Assembly (NCBI RefSeq): GCF_000007225.1
Contig: NC_003364.1
Coordinates: forward strand, 480,001 to 512,000
Source of the DNA: Pyrobaculum aerophilum str. IM2
Lineage (GTDB): Archaea > Thermoproteota > Thermoprotei > Thermoproteales > Thermoproteaceae
Direction: 5' to 3'
Length of the DNA: 32,000 nucleotides
Positions within the stretch are counted from its first letter, which is position 1; every line of letters starts with the position of its first letter. Made by a program: the position numbers and the translations under genes. A model generated the notes under the pieces. That model ran no database searches. It was not told where the DNA came from and worked only from the letters and a program-made list of their open reading frames with translations. Positions 24,345 to 32,000 of this stretch are shown here, one piece after another.

Positions 24345-25134
24345 ATATACTGGCTCTGTCGCCGTATTTCAATTTAATTAGTTCAATGAGCCTATCTGAG
24401 GCCTTGGAGACTAAGGCCTCGGCCTCCTCCTTACTCCCGGCGCTGGCGTAAATATGTATATGTAAGAGAGGCGCGTTTACCTCAAATCCCCTCGGGTGGG
24501 ATTTTACATACACTCTCTTGTCTAATCTCATGACTTCTCTTATCACGGGGGCTATGTCTGCCTCTGGCACCCCCCTCACCACCACTTCCCTCTCCGAGAA
24601 ATACACAGGAGGCCCGCGCGATTTTAACAAGGGCTCTACGTGGTTTTCAAATATGGCTTCCATCTCCTTGGGGACTCCGGGCAGAAGCACTACTAGTTTG
24701 CCCCCGCTTTCATATAAAATGCCGGGGGCCGTGCCCACGGGGTTTGGCAAAGGAGTGGCGCCGGGAGGCATCATTGCCATTTTAATTCTCTCAGGAGTTA
24801 GCGCGTAGCCGCGTGACTCGTATTTTCCCCTCACCATTTTCAACGCCTCATCGTTAACCACAGCCTCTACGCCCAGAGCCTTGCAAAACGCCAGATTTGT
24901 TATGTCGTCTGGAGTTGGGCCGAGGCCGCCTGTTAAAATCACCACGTCTGCTCTGTTTATGGCCTCTCTAAACGCCTCTACTATGTCATTTTCCTCATCG
25001 GGCACGACGACAATGCGCCTAACAGAATAGCCGAGAAAGGTGAGTTTGCTTGCAAGCCACGCGGCATTTGTATTAACAACTCTGCCAATTAACAGCTCGT
25101 TACCTACTGAAAGAATCCAGGCCACCCCCTTCAT
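24334..25134 (-). CDS. CinA-like / MoCF-biosynthesis (MoaB-MogA fold) domain protein
   Basis: 'ILSVGNELLIGRVVNTNAAWLA...VILTGGLGPTPDDIT' is typical of the CinA N-terminal molybdopterin-binding-like domain. Confidence 0.78.
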   Translation of the reverse strand: MKGVAWILSVGNELLIGRVVNTNAAWLASKLTFLGYSVRRIVVVPDEENDIVEAFREAINRADVVILTGGLGPTPDDITNLAFCKALGVEAVVNDEALKMVRGKYESRGYALTPERIKMAMMPPGATPLPNPVGTAPGILYESGGKLVVLLPGVPKEMEAIFENHVEPLLKSRGPPVYFSEREVVVRGVPEADIAPVIREVMRLDKRVYVKSHPRGFEVNAPLLHIHIYASAGSKEEAEALVSKASDRLIELIKLKYGDRASISTG

Positions 25135-25144
25135 CTTAATACAG

Positions 25145-26023
25145 CTAATCCGTCCCTTTTATCTCTTCTCTTATGATAAAAAGCAGTCCAATTAATGTCA
25201 ACACAATGCCTATTGCCTCAACAGGTATTTCTAAAGGGCCTACGCTGGGAAGCTCGGCGCGGACGGTCCCCCTTGGGAGCTCCCCAAGTATTGGAACTGC
25301 GAGTAGAGTCGCCCCCACGGGCTCGCCCAGAGTGCTTACTGCTATTGTAATTGCCCTGTGCTTGCCGAGGAGATAATTAAAAACTGTGTGCCCCAACATC
25401 ATGGGAATAGAGGCGATTAGGAGGAACATTAAAAAGGTGTGCGCGTCGTACTGCGTCAAATTGGCTCTAAGCAAGACGGCCGTAACTAAGGAGACTAAAG
25501 AGGCAACTCCATACGCCACGGCGACGTATCCAAAAGTCCCTACAGACAGCCTGATAATGCGGCCAAGGGCTAAATACCCAGCAAAAGACAACGCGCCTAT
25601 AATGGCGAGTATATTCCCCGCAAAGCCGCCAGGCGAGAAAGTAATTAATACGCTGCCCAAGACGGCCACGGCAACTCCCGCCACGGTAGTTCCGCTTACT
25701 CTCTCCCCTATTCTCCGCGATAGGGCCAACATAAAGATCGGGTGAATATTTACAAGGGTGGTGCTGGCGGCCACAGTGGTTAGAAACAGAGAAGGGATCC
25801 AGCTTAGAAAATGCACGGCTAAAAACAAACCGGAGGCAATTGAATACGCTAAGGCGCGCCCCCTGGGCAACTCCAAGCCCCTCCATACGCCAATGAGGAG
25901 GACGATGAGAGTTGCAAAGGCCAGCCTCCAGAACGTAATAGCTAAGGGATCTGCAGGGGTTAATCTTATTAAAATAGCGGCGCTCGAAATAGCCAAAATG
26001 CCGACAGGCAGTAGCCAGAGCAT
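25145..26023 (-). CDS. EamA/DMT-family transporter
   Basis: 292 aa with ~10 hydrophobic helices in two similar halves. Confidence 0.7.
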   Translation of the reverse strand: MLWLLPVGILAISSAAILIRLTPADPLAITFWRLAFATLIVLLIGVWRGLELPRGRALAYSIASGLFLAVHFLSWIPSLFLTTVAASTTLVNIHPIFMLALSRRIGERVSGTTVAGVAVAVLGSVLITFSPGGFAGNILAIIGALSFAGYLALGRIIRLSVGTFGYVAVAYGVASLVSLVTAVLLRANLTQYDAHTFLMFLLIASIPMMLGHTVFNYLLGKHRAITIAVSTLGEPVGATLLAVPILGELPRGTVRAELPSVGPLEIPVEAIGIVLTLIGLLFIIREEIKGTD

Positions 26024-26063
26024 TAATCTAAAAATTCTTATTTATACAAATCAATACTGCCTC

Positions 26064-26477
26064 ATGAAATTCCCAGAAGTGGAACTACAAGCACACACCG
26101 GCGAGGTGATTTTGCCGGCGAGAACGCCTAAGGCAGTGGTGTATTTCTTCCCAAAGGCTTTTACACAGGGATGCACGCGGGAGACTATACGATTTAATGA
26201 GCTTTACGAACAGTTCAAGCAGAGGGGATATGAGGTATACGGCGTATCCACAGACAGCGTGGAGACGTTGAGAAAATTCGCCGATAGATACGGCGTTAAG
26301 TTCAAACTGCTAAGCGATAAAGGCGGAAAGCTCGCCTCGCAACTCGGCATATTGAGGCCGACGGGAACCGCGGAGCGCGTCACTTATATTCTAAAAGAGG
26401 GCGAGGTAGTGCACGTCTTGAGGGGGCTTAAATCTGCCGATGAACACGCAGACCGCGCCCTAGAGCTCGCCCAATGA
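26064..26477 (+). CDS. bcp: peroxiredoxin, Bcp type (AhpC/TSA family)
   Basis: 'VVYFFPKAFTQGCTRE' is the peroxidatic Cys motif. The start is set at the internal ATG 26064 because the longer track ORF (from 25758) runs antisense through the EamA gene. Confidence 0.85.
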   Translation: MKFPEVELQAHTGEVILPARTPKAVVYFFPKAFTQGCTRETIRFNELYEQFKQRGYEVYGVSTDSVETLRKFADRYGVKFKLLSDKGGKLASQLGILRPTGTAERVTYILKEGEVVHVLRGLKSADEHADRALELAQ

Positions 26478-26707
26478 AAATTTACGAAGTTAAAGGGCCC
26501 TGCCCCGAGCTGGGAGTAACTCTTGCCAGAATAGCCGCAGAATTGGGAGAGGGCGAAGAGGCTCTAGTGGTGAGCAAGTGGAGATACGTGATAAACGACT
26601 TGAAAAACTCAGCGAGTCTCCTCGGCTTGGAGATAGTCGCCGTGCAAGAACAGGGGGATCGCGTTCAAGTAGTCGTCAAAAAGTCAAGACAAGCTCTGCA
26701 TCTTTAG
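26474..26707 (+). CDS. TusA/SirA-like small sulfur-carrier-like protein
   Basis: 77 aa. 'VKGPCPELGVTLARI...GEEALVV' resembles the TusA G-x-x-C-P-x-P N-terminal motif. The start overlaps the bcp stop (ATGA). Confidence 0.5.
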   Translation: MKIYEVKGPCPELGVTLARIAAELGEGEEALVVSKWRYVINDLKNSASLLGLEIVAVQEQGDRVQVVVKKSRQALHL

Positions 26708-27065
26708 CAAGGGCCAAGAACGTCAAAGACCCCGCGGCTTCAACTCCGTCTATTGGCCGCACTCCCAGCATTTTAACAACGGGTTCGTCGACATAAATCT
26801 TTACGCCGCTTTTAATACACTCAGCGGCGAGCTCCTCAAGGCTCTTCGCTCCTATCTTCCTTATTTTCCACTTTATGTACAAAGAGGCGAGATACGGCAG
26901 GCCAATAAGCCGGGTTTTCGGCTTTTTGCTGAATATAAAGGCGCCGAGCCCCGTGGCGAAGAGATGCACGTCATAGCCTATTGACTTAGCTGACAGGGCT
27001 ATCACCAAGGCGTGGTAAGCCCTTGCTATGTCGTTATCAGACAACATAATGACTAGTTTAGGCAT
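26676..27065 (-). CDS. DsrE/DsrF-like (COG2210) protein
   Basis: 'MPKLVIMLSDNDIARAYHALVIALSAKSIGYDVHLFATGLG...GVKIYVDEP' has a DsrE-like layout. Start 27065 is preferred over 27104 because 'ctattaatac' lies ~25 nt upstream of it. Confidence 0.6.
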   Translation of the reverse strand: MPKLVIMLSDNDIARAYHALVIALSAKSIGYDVHLFATGLGAFIFSKKPKTRLIGLPYLASLYIKWKIRKIGAKSLEELAAECIKSGVKIYVDEPVVKMLGVRPIDGVEAAGSLTFLALAKDAELVLTF

Positions 27066-27116
27066 ATATACTCCTCGGATGCGTATTAATAGATGATGTG
27101 CCAATGCAGGCGGCGA

Positions 27117-27788
27117 CTATGTGACCGGTGACCTGCCGGCTGATTTAAACGAAGGGCATTTCGCGCCGATGGGGCACTGACCGCATTTGGGATTCCTGGC
27201 TCTGCACACATCTCGGCCGAACTGAATTAGCTTTAGGTGAAAATCGAGATATTTATCCCTGGGGAGTCTCTCCATAAACCAACGGCTTATTTCATCGTAC
27301 TTCTCGCCTATCCCCCACCGCTTTGCAATTCTAGTGATGTGAGTGTCGACTGGGAAAGCTGGAAGGCCTAAGTTTACCAGAACCACATCTGCCGTCTTTT
27401 TGCCAACCCCCGGCAGGCTGAGTAGCAATTCCCTAGCCCTCTCGGGGCCCATCTCCACGAGTCTCTCCGGCGTTAGGCCCAGCTGAATAAAGGCCTCTGC
27501 CAGGGCTTTTAAATTACGGGCGCGTTGTCTATACATGCCTGCCGGCTTGATTAACTCCTCAAGCGCCTCAATTGGCAATTCCAGCAAGGCTTGCGGCGTA
27601 ATTGTCCCTACTTGCTTCTCTAAATTCTCCAGCGCTTTAAAGGCGTTTTTGTCGGAGGTGTTTTGGCTCAGCACCACGGCGACTAGCATTTTGAACAAGT
27701 TCTTCTCTCTCCGCCACACAACTGGGGCGATGAACTCATTAAGCCTCAGCTCGACATATCTGTCCACTATTTCGATTAATTCAGACAC
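27117..27788 (-). CDS. nth: endonuclease III (HhH-GPD DNA glycosylase/AP lyase with [4Fe-4S] cluster)
   Basis: HhH 'LPGVGKKTADVVL', catalytic-region 'VDTH', and C-terminal 'CRARNPKCGQCPIGAKC'. GTG start. Confidence 0.9.
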   Translation of the reverse strand: MSELIEIVDRYVELRLNEFIAPVVWRREKNLFKMLVAVVLSQNTSDKNAFKALENLEKQVGTITPQALLELPIEALEELIKPAGMYRQRARNLKALAEAFIQLGLTPERLVEMGPERARELLLSLPGVGKKTADVVLVNLGLPAFPVDTHITRIAKRWGIGEKYDEISRWFMERLPRDKYLDFHLKLIQFGRDVCRARNPKCGQCPIGAKCPSFKSAGRSPVT

Positions 27789-27833
27789 GTCAACTTGTTT
27801 ATAGCCCTTATATATTTCTCGCGCCGATAAGAC

Positions 27834-28322
27834 GTGGACGAAATGAAATTTTCGGTGAGGAAATCAGATTTTGACAAGTTCGCAGAGAGGCTTGGCGTAA
27901 GCCCTGAGGAATTGCTCTCCGCGCTTAAGGCCGAGGTGGTTAAAGTAGGGCCTGGCTTTAGATATGTCATCAACATGGAGAATTTCTTTTACTTCGTCCT
28001 GTCTAAAATATTCGAGAAGAAAAGGCCCGCCCAGCGCGAGGTCTCCCAGGAGGAGTTTGAAGACTCGTTGAACAAGGCGATAGATAGGCTGGCCGGGATT
28101 AGCGGATATGCCAAGCTGGTAGAGGTGAAAGAGGCAGTGACGCAAGAATTAGGAATAGGTGAGGAGGAATTCGTGAAGAGGCTCTCAGAGCTTCTTCAAA
28201 GAAAGAGAGGGGCGTATGTGCTGTTGGAGGGCGGGGACGCGAAAATTCAAATCGGCGCCAAGAAGTACGGATTTATCAAAAGAGTTGAGAAGAGGGCTGT
28301 GGCCGAGGTGGTGTACTATTAG
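27834..28322 (+). CDS. hypothetical protein
   Basis: 162 aa, no recognisable motif. ATG 27843 may be the real start, given its spacing from the shared palindromic TATA 'ttatatattt' at 27808-27817. Confidence 0.5.
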   Translation: MDEMKFSVRKSDFDKFAERLGVSPEELLSALKAEVVKVGPGFRYVINMENFFYFVLSKIFEKKRPAQREVSQEEFEDSLNKAIDRLAGISGYAKLVEVKEAVTQELGIGEEEFVKRLSELLQRKRGAYVLLEGGDAKIQIGAKKYGFIKRVEKRAVAEVVYY

Positions 28323-28366
28323 TGAGATACAGTCTTTCGTTTATTTAACAAGTCATTCATAACGAT

Positions 28367-29152
28367 GTGAGTTTAAACGGCTGTAATATACCCAAGTGGC
28401 CCGTCGCTGGCGACGGCCTTAAACTCGGCGGCAGGTCGTGGCAGAGGGCCGTTGAGGCCCTTGTAAAACTCACATCTACGTTTCCGATGGCTATTCTCTT
28501 GGGCAGGGCAGGGATGGGGAAGTCGCAAGTGGCCTACGAGGTGTGTAAAAAGACTAACTGCATTTACGTGGATTTGACAGAGGTGGGGGAGAGGAATATG
28601 GCTAACGTAGTGGCTATCGTGGTGTGGAGGCTGTTGTCTAGATATGGAGATAAGGGAGTAAGGAATAGGGTGGCTGAGGCGTATAAAAAATTCGGCTATG
28701 AGGGCCTCCTCTCTCTGGCAAAGGGAGACCCTGCGTGGACGTTGAGATCGGCCCTAGAGCTCGCTGGGGGGAGGACTGTAATAGTGCTAGACGAGCTCTT
28801 GCCCTCAGCTGAGGATCCCAAGTTCTTCGAAGTGGCGTATATTCTTCACAGGGTTCGAAACATGCATCTTTCCAACGCCTCCTTTCTTGTTACGATGTTG
28901 CCCGAGGTGTATGAAAAAATAGTAGAGCGTATACCGCCTCTTGGAAACTTCTTTATACACATTACTGTGCAACTGCCCGACGTTATACCAGAGGATGAAG
29001 TCGACGATATTATATCCGCTTACTGTCCGGAGAAGGTCGAGCTCGCGCGTAAAATTCTCGCCGAGAGGCCGGACATCACAGTTCGCGAATTACTGCTAGA
29101 ACTTAACAACATGCCGTCTAGGAGGTACGTGGAATTAGTGCCGGCAGATTAA
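28367..29152 (+). CDS. P-loop ATPase (archaeal-ATPase/AAA-like), function unknown
   Basis: 261 aa, GTG start. Walker A 'GRAGMGKSQV' and Walker B 'VIVLDELL'. Confidence 0.6.
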   Translation: MSLNGCNIPKWPVAGDGLKLGGRSWQRAVEALVKLTSTFPMAILLGRAGMGKSQVAYEVCKKTNCIYVDLTEVGERNMANVVAIVVWRLLSRYGDKGVRNRVAEAYKKFGYEGLLSLAKGDPAWTLRSALELAGGRTVIVLDELLPSAEDPKFFEVAYILHRVRNMHLSNASFLVTMLPEVYEKIVERIPPLGNFFIHITVQLPDVIPEDEVDDIISAYCPEKVELARKILAERPDITVRELLLELNNMPSRRYVELVPAD

Positions 29153-29313
29153 TAAAGCGCTTTTTCATAACCTCGACGTATCATTTGAGCCGTCCCCAGC
29201 CTACGCCTCGGTAACTCGCCAAAGCGAATAGGCGGCGTGGTACCTAGTCTTTCTACCCCTTTACGCCAGTTAGGACGGCTAGCACTAGAGCCCTCTCGCT
29301 GTCTTAATGGGAT

Positions 29314-29507
29314 GGGGAGTGTAGGGGAAGCCCATGTCATGTTTCGTAACGGAGTAAAGGCGTTTTGCAAAGTGGGAGAGAAAAATGACCACGTTCTATG
29401 TGTACGACGTGCCCGATGGGGGCGTATTTGAAATCAAGCATGCGGACGATGGATAAAAGTGGCACACAGAGGAGATGGAGACGGTTAAGGTGACAAACAA
29501 TATATAG
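29314..29507 (+). pseudogene. degenerate second copy of the 7395-7734 small two-ORF module
   Basis: Aligns to 7395-7580. ORF1 homolog: MSCFVTE-stop(TAA 29355)-RRFAKWERK-MTTFYVYDVPDGGVFEIKHADDG. The ORF2 homolog is truncated to 10 codons (29475-29507). Confidence 0.5.
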
Positions 29508-29525
29508 TGATAAAAAACAGGGTTT

Positions 29526-31001
29526 ATGATAAAATCGGAGACAGTTAAGCAAATCTTGGAACACTACAGAGTCATCTGGGCGCTGAGCCACGCCCAAGCG
29601 CTATTGGGGTGGGATTCCGAGACTTATATGCCAGAGGAGGGAATTAAGGGCAGGGCTGTGGCCAGGGCGGAGATAGCGCAGTTAATCCAGCGGTTTATGC
29701 TTGAAGAGAAATTTGTTAAGCTCATTGAGAAGGCTGAGGAGGAGAAAGATCTCACAGACGTCGAGAGGGGGATTATAAGAGTGCTGAAAAGGGATTTGAA
29801 GTTTTATCAAAAAGTTCCCCCTGAAATTGTAAAGGAGTTTACAAAAGTCACTTCGGAGGCTTTCATTGCATGGAGAGGCGCTAAGGAGAAGGCTAAGTTC
29901 GATATTTTCGCTCCGTATTTAGAAAGGATAGTTGAGCTCAGCAGGGTTATAGCCGACAAATTGGGCTATGAGGAGCACCCATACGACGCCCTCCTTGATT
30001 TGTACGAAGAGGGCTTAACCTCTAGAGATGTTGAGTCTGTTTTCTCCGTCTTAGAGCCTGGCATAAGGAAGTTGTTAGGGAAGCTGGAGTCAATCGGGTG
30101 GCCTAAGAGTCACAAGCTTGAGGAGGAGCCTTACGATAAGACTAAAATGGAGGCTGCAATTAGGGAAGTTCTTGAATTAGTCGGCTACCCCAAGGGCAGG
30201 TTTAGAATAGACATTTCGCCTCATCCATTTACCATCGGCATTACGACGCCCTTTGATGTGAGAATTACCGTGAGGTACAGGGGAGTGGACTTTAAAGAGC
30301 CGCTTTTCTCGGCGTTGCACGAATACGGCCATGCCCTTTACGAGCTGAACGTAGACGAGTCTCTGGCCATGACGCCGGTGGGAACCGGCGTGTCGCTCGG
30401 AGTTCACGAGTCCCAATCCCGATTTATGGAGAACGTAATAGGTAGGAGCAGGGAGTTTGTTGAAAAAATAGCGCCCATACTGCGGAAGCACCTCGACTTC
30501 CTCTCGAAATATGGAAACGACGACTTGTTTTACTACTTCAACGTGGTTAGGCCGAGTTTAATACGTACAGAAGCCGATGAAGTTACGTATAATTTACATA
30601 TCTTACTGCGGTATAAGCTGGAGCGCTTAATGATCACAGGCGAGGTGAAGGTTAACCAGTTGCCGGAGCTTTGGAATAGCGAAATGGAACGTCTCCTGGG
30701 CGTGAGGCCGAAAAACGACGCGGAGGGGGTTCTGCAAGACGTCCACTGGAGCCACGGCTCAATAGGCTACTTCCCGACGTACACCCTGGGCAATGTGGTG
30801 GCCGCAATGATTTACTATAAACATGGGAGAATACGGAGTTTAGTAGCCGAGGGCAATATAACGGCCATTAAGGAATATCTCAGAGAGAAGATACATAAAT
30901 GGGGTAGCGTCTACCCGCCAAAAGAGCTCCTGATGCGGAGTTTCGGCGAGGCTTACAATGCCGAATACCTCGTTAAATACCTAGAGGAGAAGTATAGTTA
31001 A
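29526..31001 (+). CDS. M32 carboxypeptidase (Taq-type thermostable carboxypeptidase)
   Basis: 'HEYGHALYE' (HExxH) and 'HESQSRFMEN' are the M32 signature motifs. Confidence 0.9.
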   Translation: MIKSETVKQILEHYRVIWALSHAQALLGWDSETYMPEEGIKGRAVARAEIAQLIQRFMLEEKFVKLIEKAEEEKDLTDVERGIIRVLKRDLKFYQKVPPEIVKEFTKVTSEAFIAWRGAKEKAKFDIFAPYLERIVELSRVIADKLGYEEHPYDALLDLYEEGLTSRDVESVFSVLEPGIRKLLGKLESIGWPKSHKLEEEPYDKTKMEAAIREVLELVGYPKGRFRIDISPHPFTIGITTPFDVRITVRYRGVDFKEPLFSALHEYGHALYELNVDESLAMTPVGTGVSLGVHESQSRFMENVIGRSREFVEKIAPILRKHLDFLSKYGNDDLFYYFNVVRPSLIRTEADEVTYNLHILLRYKLERLMITGEVKVNQLPELWNSEMERLLGVRPKNDAEGVLQDVHWSHGSIGYFPTYTLGNVVAAMIYYKHGRIRSLVAEGNITAIKEYLREKIHKWGSVYPPKELLMRSFGEAYNAEYLVKYLEEKYS

Positions 31002-31636
31002 CACACGTTGCACAAGCGGGAGAGCGCACTGCACATATCAACTCCCTTTTTAAAGCCGTCTTCCCTACGCATAAAAGTCCCCCACGCCAACTCGTAATCC
31101 TCTATTACAACGCTTTTTAACATATCCTCAATAGGGGGGGTGTACTCTCTTATTAAACCAGCGCCTCTGGCCAGTTGTATGACGTAGTTATTCAGCCCCA
31201 CTCTCGCTCTAAACAATACGTAACTCGCCGCGTCGCAATTGTCGCGGAGTTTGATAACTCTACCGTCAAAATACAGCGGCCGGCCTAATTTTGCCGTAAG
31301 CTCGGCCGAGGCTTGCGAGGCCAACACGCTGATAATCTTAAACGTCCTGCCGCCATAAGGGGCCGCTCTGAAAAATAAGAGGTTTATCTCGTCGCTAACT
31401 ACGTGGACGTAATCAGCCCCCTGGGTCAGCGCCAGCGATTTAGCCACTTCCACAAGCGCGTTGTGTACAAGGCGGCTCCTCGGCGGAGGGAAGTCCTTAA
31501 GCCTCTTCCCGAATCCCACGCCGTCTAGCCTCACCGCGAAGGGGACAGTTGCGGGCTCGCACACAGCCTCTCTTTCTCTAAACCTCATTTCAAGCAGACG
31601 GGGGTTCTCGGCGATTAGCCTCTTTAAGAAATCCAC
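30998..31636 (-). CDS. Thg1-like protein (tRNA-His guanylyltransferase family / TLP)
   Basis: 'FAVRLDGVGFGK' and 'VSDEINLLF' resemble the two catalytic-Asp motifs of Thg1/TLP. Confidence 0.7.
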   Translation of the reverse strand: MDFLKRLIAENPRLLEMRFREREAVCEPATVPFAVRLDGVGFGKRLKDFPPPRSRLVHNALVEVAKSLALTQGADYVHVVSDEINLLFFRAAPYGGRTFKIISVLASQASAELTAKLGRPLYFDGRVIKLRDNCDAASYVLFRARVGLNNYVIQLARGAGLIREYTPPIEDMLKSVVIEDYELAWGTFMRREDGFKKGVDMCSALSRLCNVC

Positions 31637-31676
31637 GAGTAATGTTATTTTTTAAAAATGGAATGCAGAGCCGGAT

Positions 31677-32000
31677 GTGAAGTACAAATTTAGAAACGTC
31701 GTGCTTGGGGGGACCTTCGACACCCTACACTCAGGCCACGTCAAGCTGTTAGCCACGGCCACTCTAATAGGAGACAGGATTTTAATAGGGCTTACAAGCG
31801 ACTCCTTTGCCTCTACTTATAAACAGTATAAGGTGAGGCCCTTCTCTGTGAGGCTTGCCAATTTGAGGAATTTAATGAGCCTAATAGCGCCCGAGCGGGA
31901 GGTGGCGTACGTTGAAATTCACGACCCGTACGGCCCCGCCGTCTTTGACCCCAGGTTAGAGGCAATTGTGGCCAGCATAGAGACCGCCCCCCGCGCCCTT
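31677..32000 (+). CDS. phosphopantetheine adenylyltransferase, archaeal type (cytidylyltransferase fold), 3' end outside the window
   Basis: GTG start. 'VVLGGTFDTLHSGHVKLL' is the (T/H)xGH nucleotidyltransferase motif. The frame is open to nt 32000. Confidence 0.72.
   Translation, partial: MKYKFRNVVLGGTFDTLHSGHVKLLATATLIGDRILIGLTSDSFASTYKQYKVRPFSVRLANLRNLMSLIAPEREVAYVEIHDPYGPAVFDPRLEAIVASIETAPRAL

Noticed and set aside
25758-26063. N-terminal 102-codon extension of the Bcp ORF in the track.
   Set aside because: It lies antisense inside the EamA transporter gene. The peroxiredoxin homology begins at Met 26064, which is preceded by an A/T-rich promoter region.
1-32000. CRISPR arrays, rRNA genes, IS elements or transposases.
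   Set aside because: I saw no regularly spaced 24-37-nt repeats, no rRNA-like segments and no transposase-like ORFs on either strand. The only exact long repeat is the 38-mer pair.

Overview
The window looks like chromosomal DNA from a hyperthermophilic crenarchaeon of the Thermoproteales, probably Pyrobaculum-like. The evidence is compact genes with ATGA/GTGA stop-start overlaps, A/T-rich TATA-like boxes about 20-30 nt upstream of start codons (leaderless style), ribosomal protein L14e, Cbf5, an archaeal Clp1-type kinase, a PaREP1-like ORF, and tRNA genes carrying several non-canonical introns. About two thirds of the window is ordinary housekeeping: DNA ligase, PfkB kinase, nucleotidyltransferase, Clp1, L14e-Cbf5, a Gfo/Idh/MocA oxidoreductase, a CPBP protease, a CinA-like protein, an EamA transporter, Bcp, TusA-like and DsrE-like proteins, endonuclease III, an M32 carboxypeptidase, a Thg1-like protein and PPAT. 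The unusual part is an accessory block from about 6.7 to 17.05 kb. It starts with a PaREP1-like gene and a tiny overlapping two-ORF module that has a degenerate second copy at about 29.3 kb. Next comes a tRNA-Glu(UUC) gene with two introns. Its last 15 nt plus 23 nt of downstream flank form an exact 38-bp direct repeat (7931-7968 and 17015-17052). That repeat brackets a roughly 9-kb segment whose left two-thirds is strongly G+C-rich. The segment holds essentially one gene, an uninterrupted 2,785-codon ORF (8323-16680). The ORF has W-E-P-R tandem repeats, a long P/A/G/E low-complexity region, an Ala-rich helical region, one hydrophobic helix, and a C-terminal third of ordinary composition. It ends just after an 11-G homopolymer. 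Beyond that run, a different frame stays open for 61 more codons and carries a LAGLIDADG-like motif. The right-hand repeat copy is fused to a tRNA-Met(CAU)-like body that does not fold cleanly. I saw no integrase, transposase, CRISPR array or rRNA. All calls come from reading the sequence and the supplied ORF track; no database search or folding program was run, so family assignments rest on motif recognition and memory.
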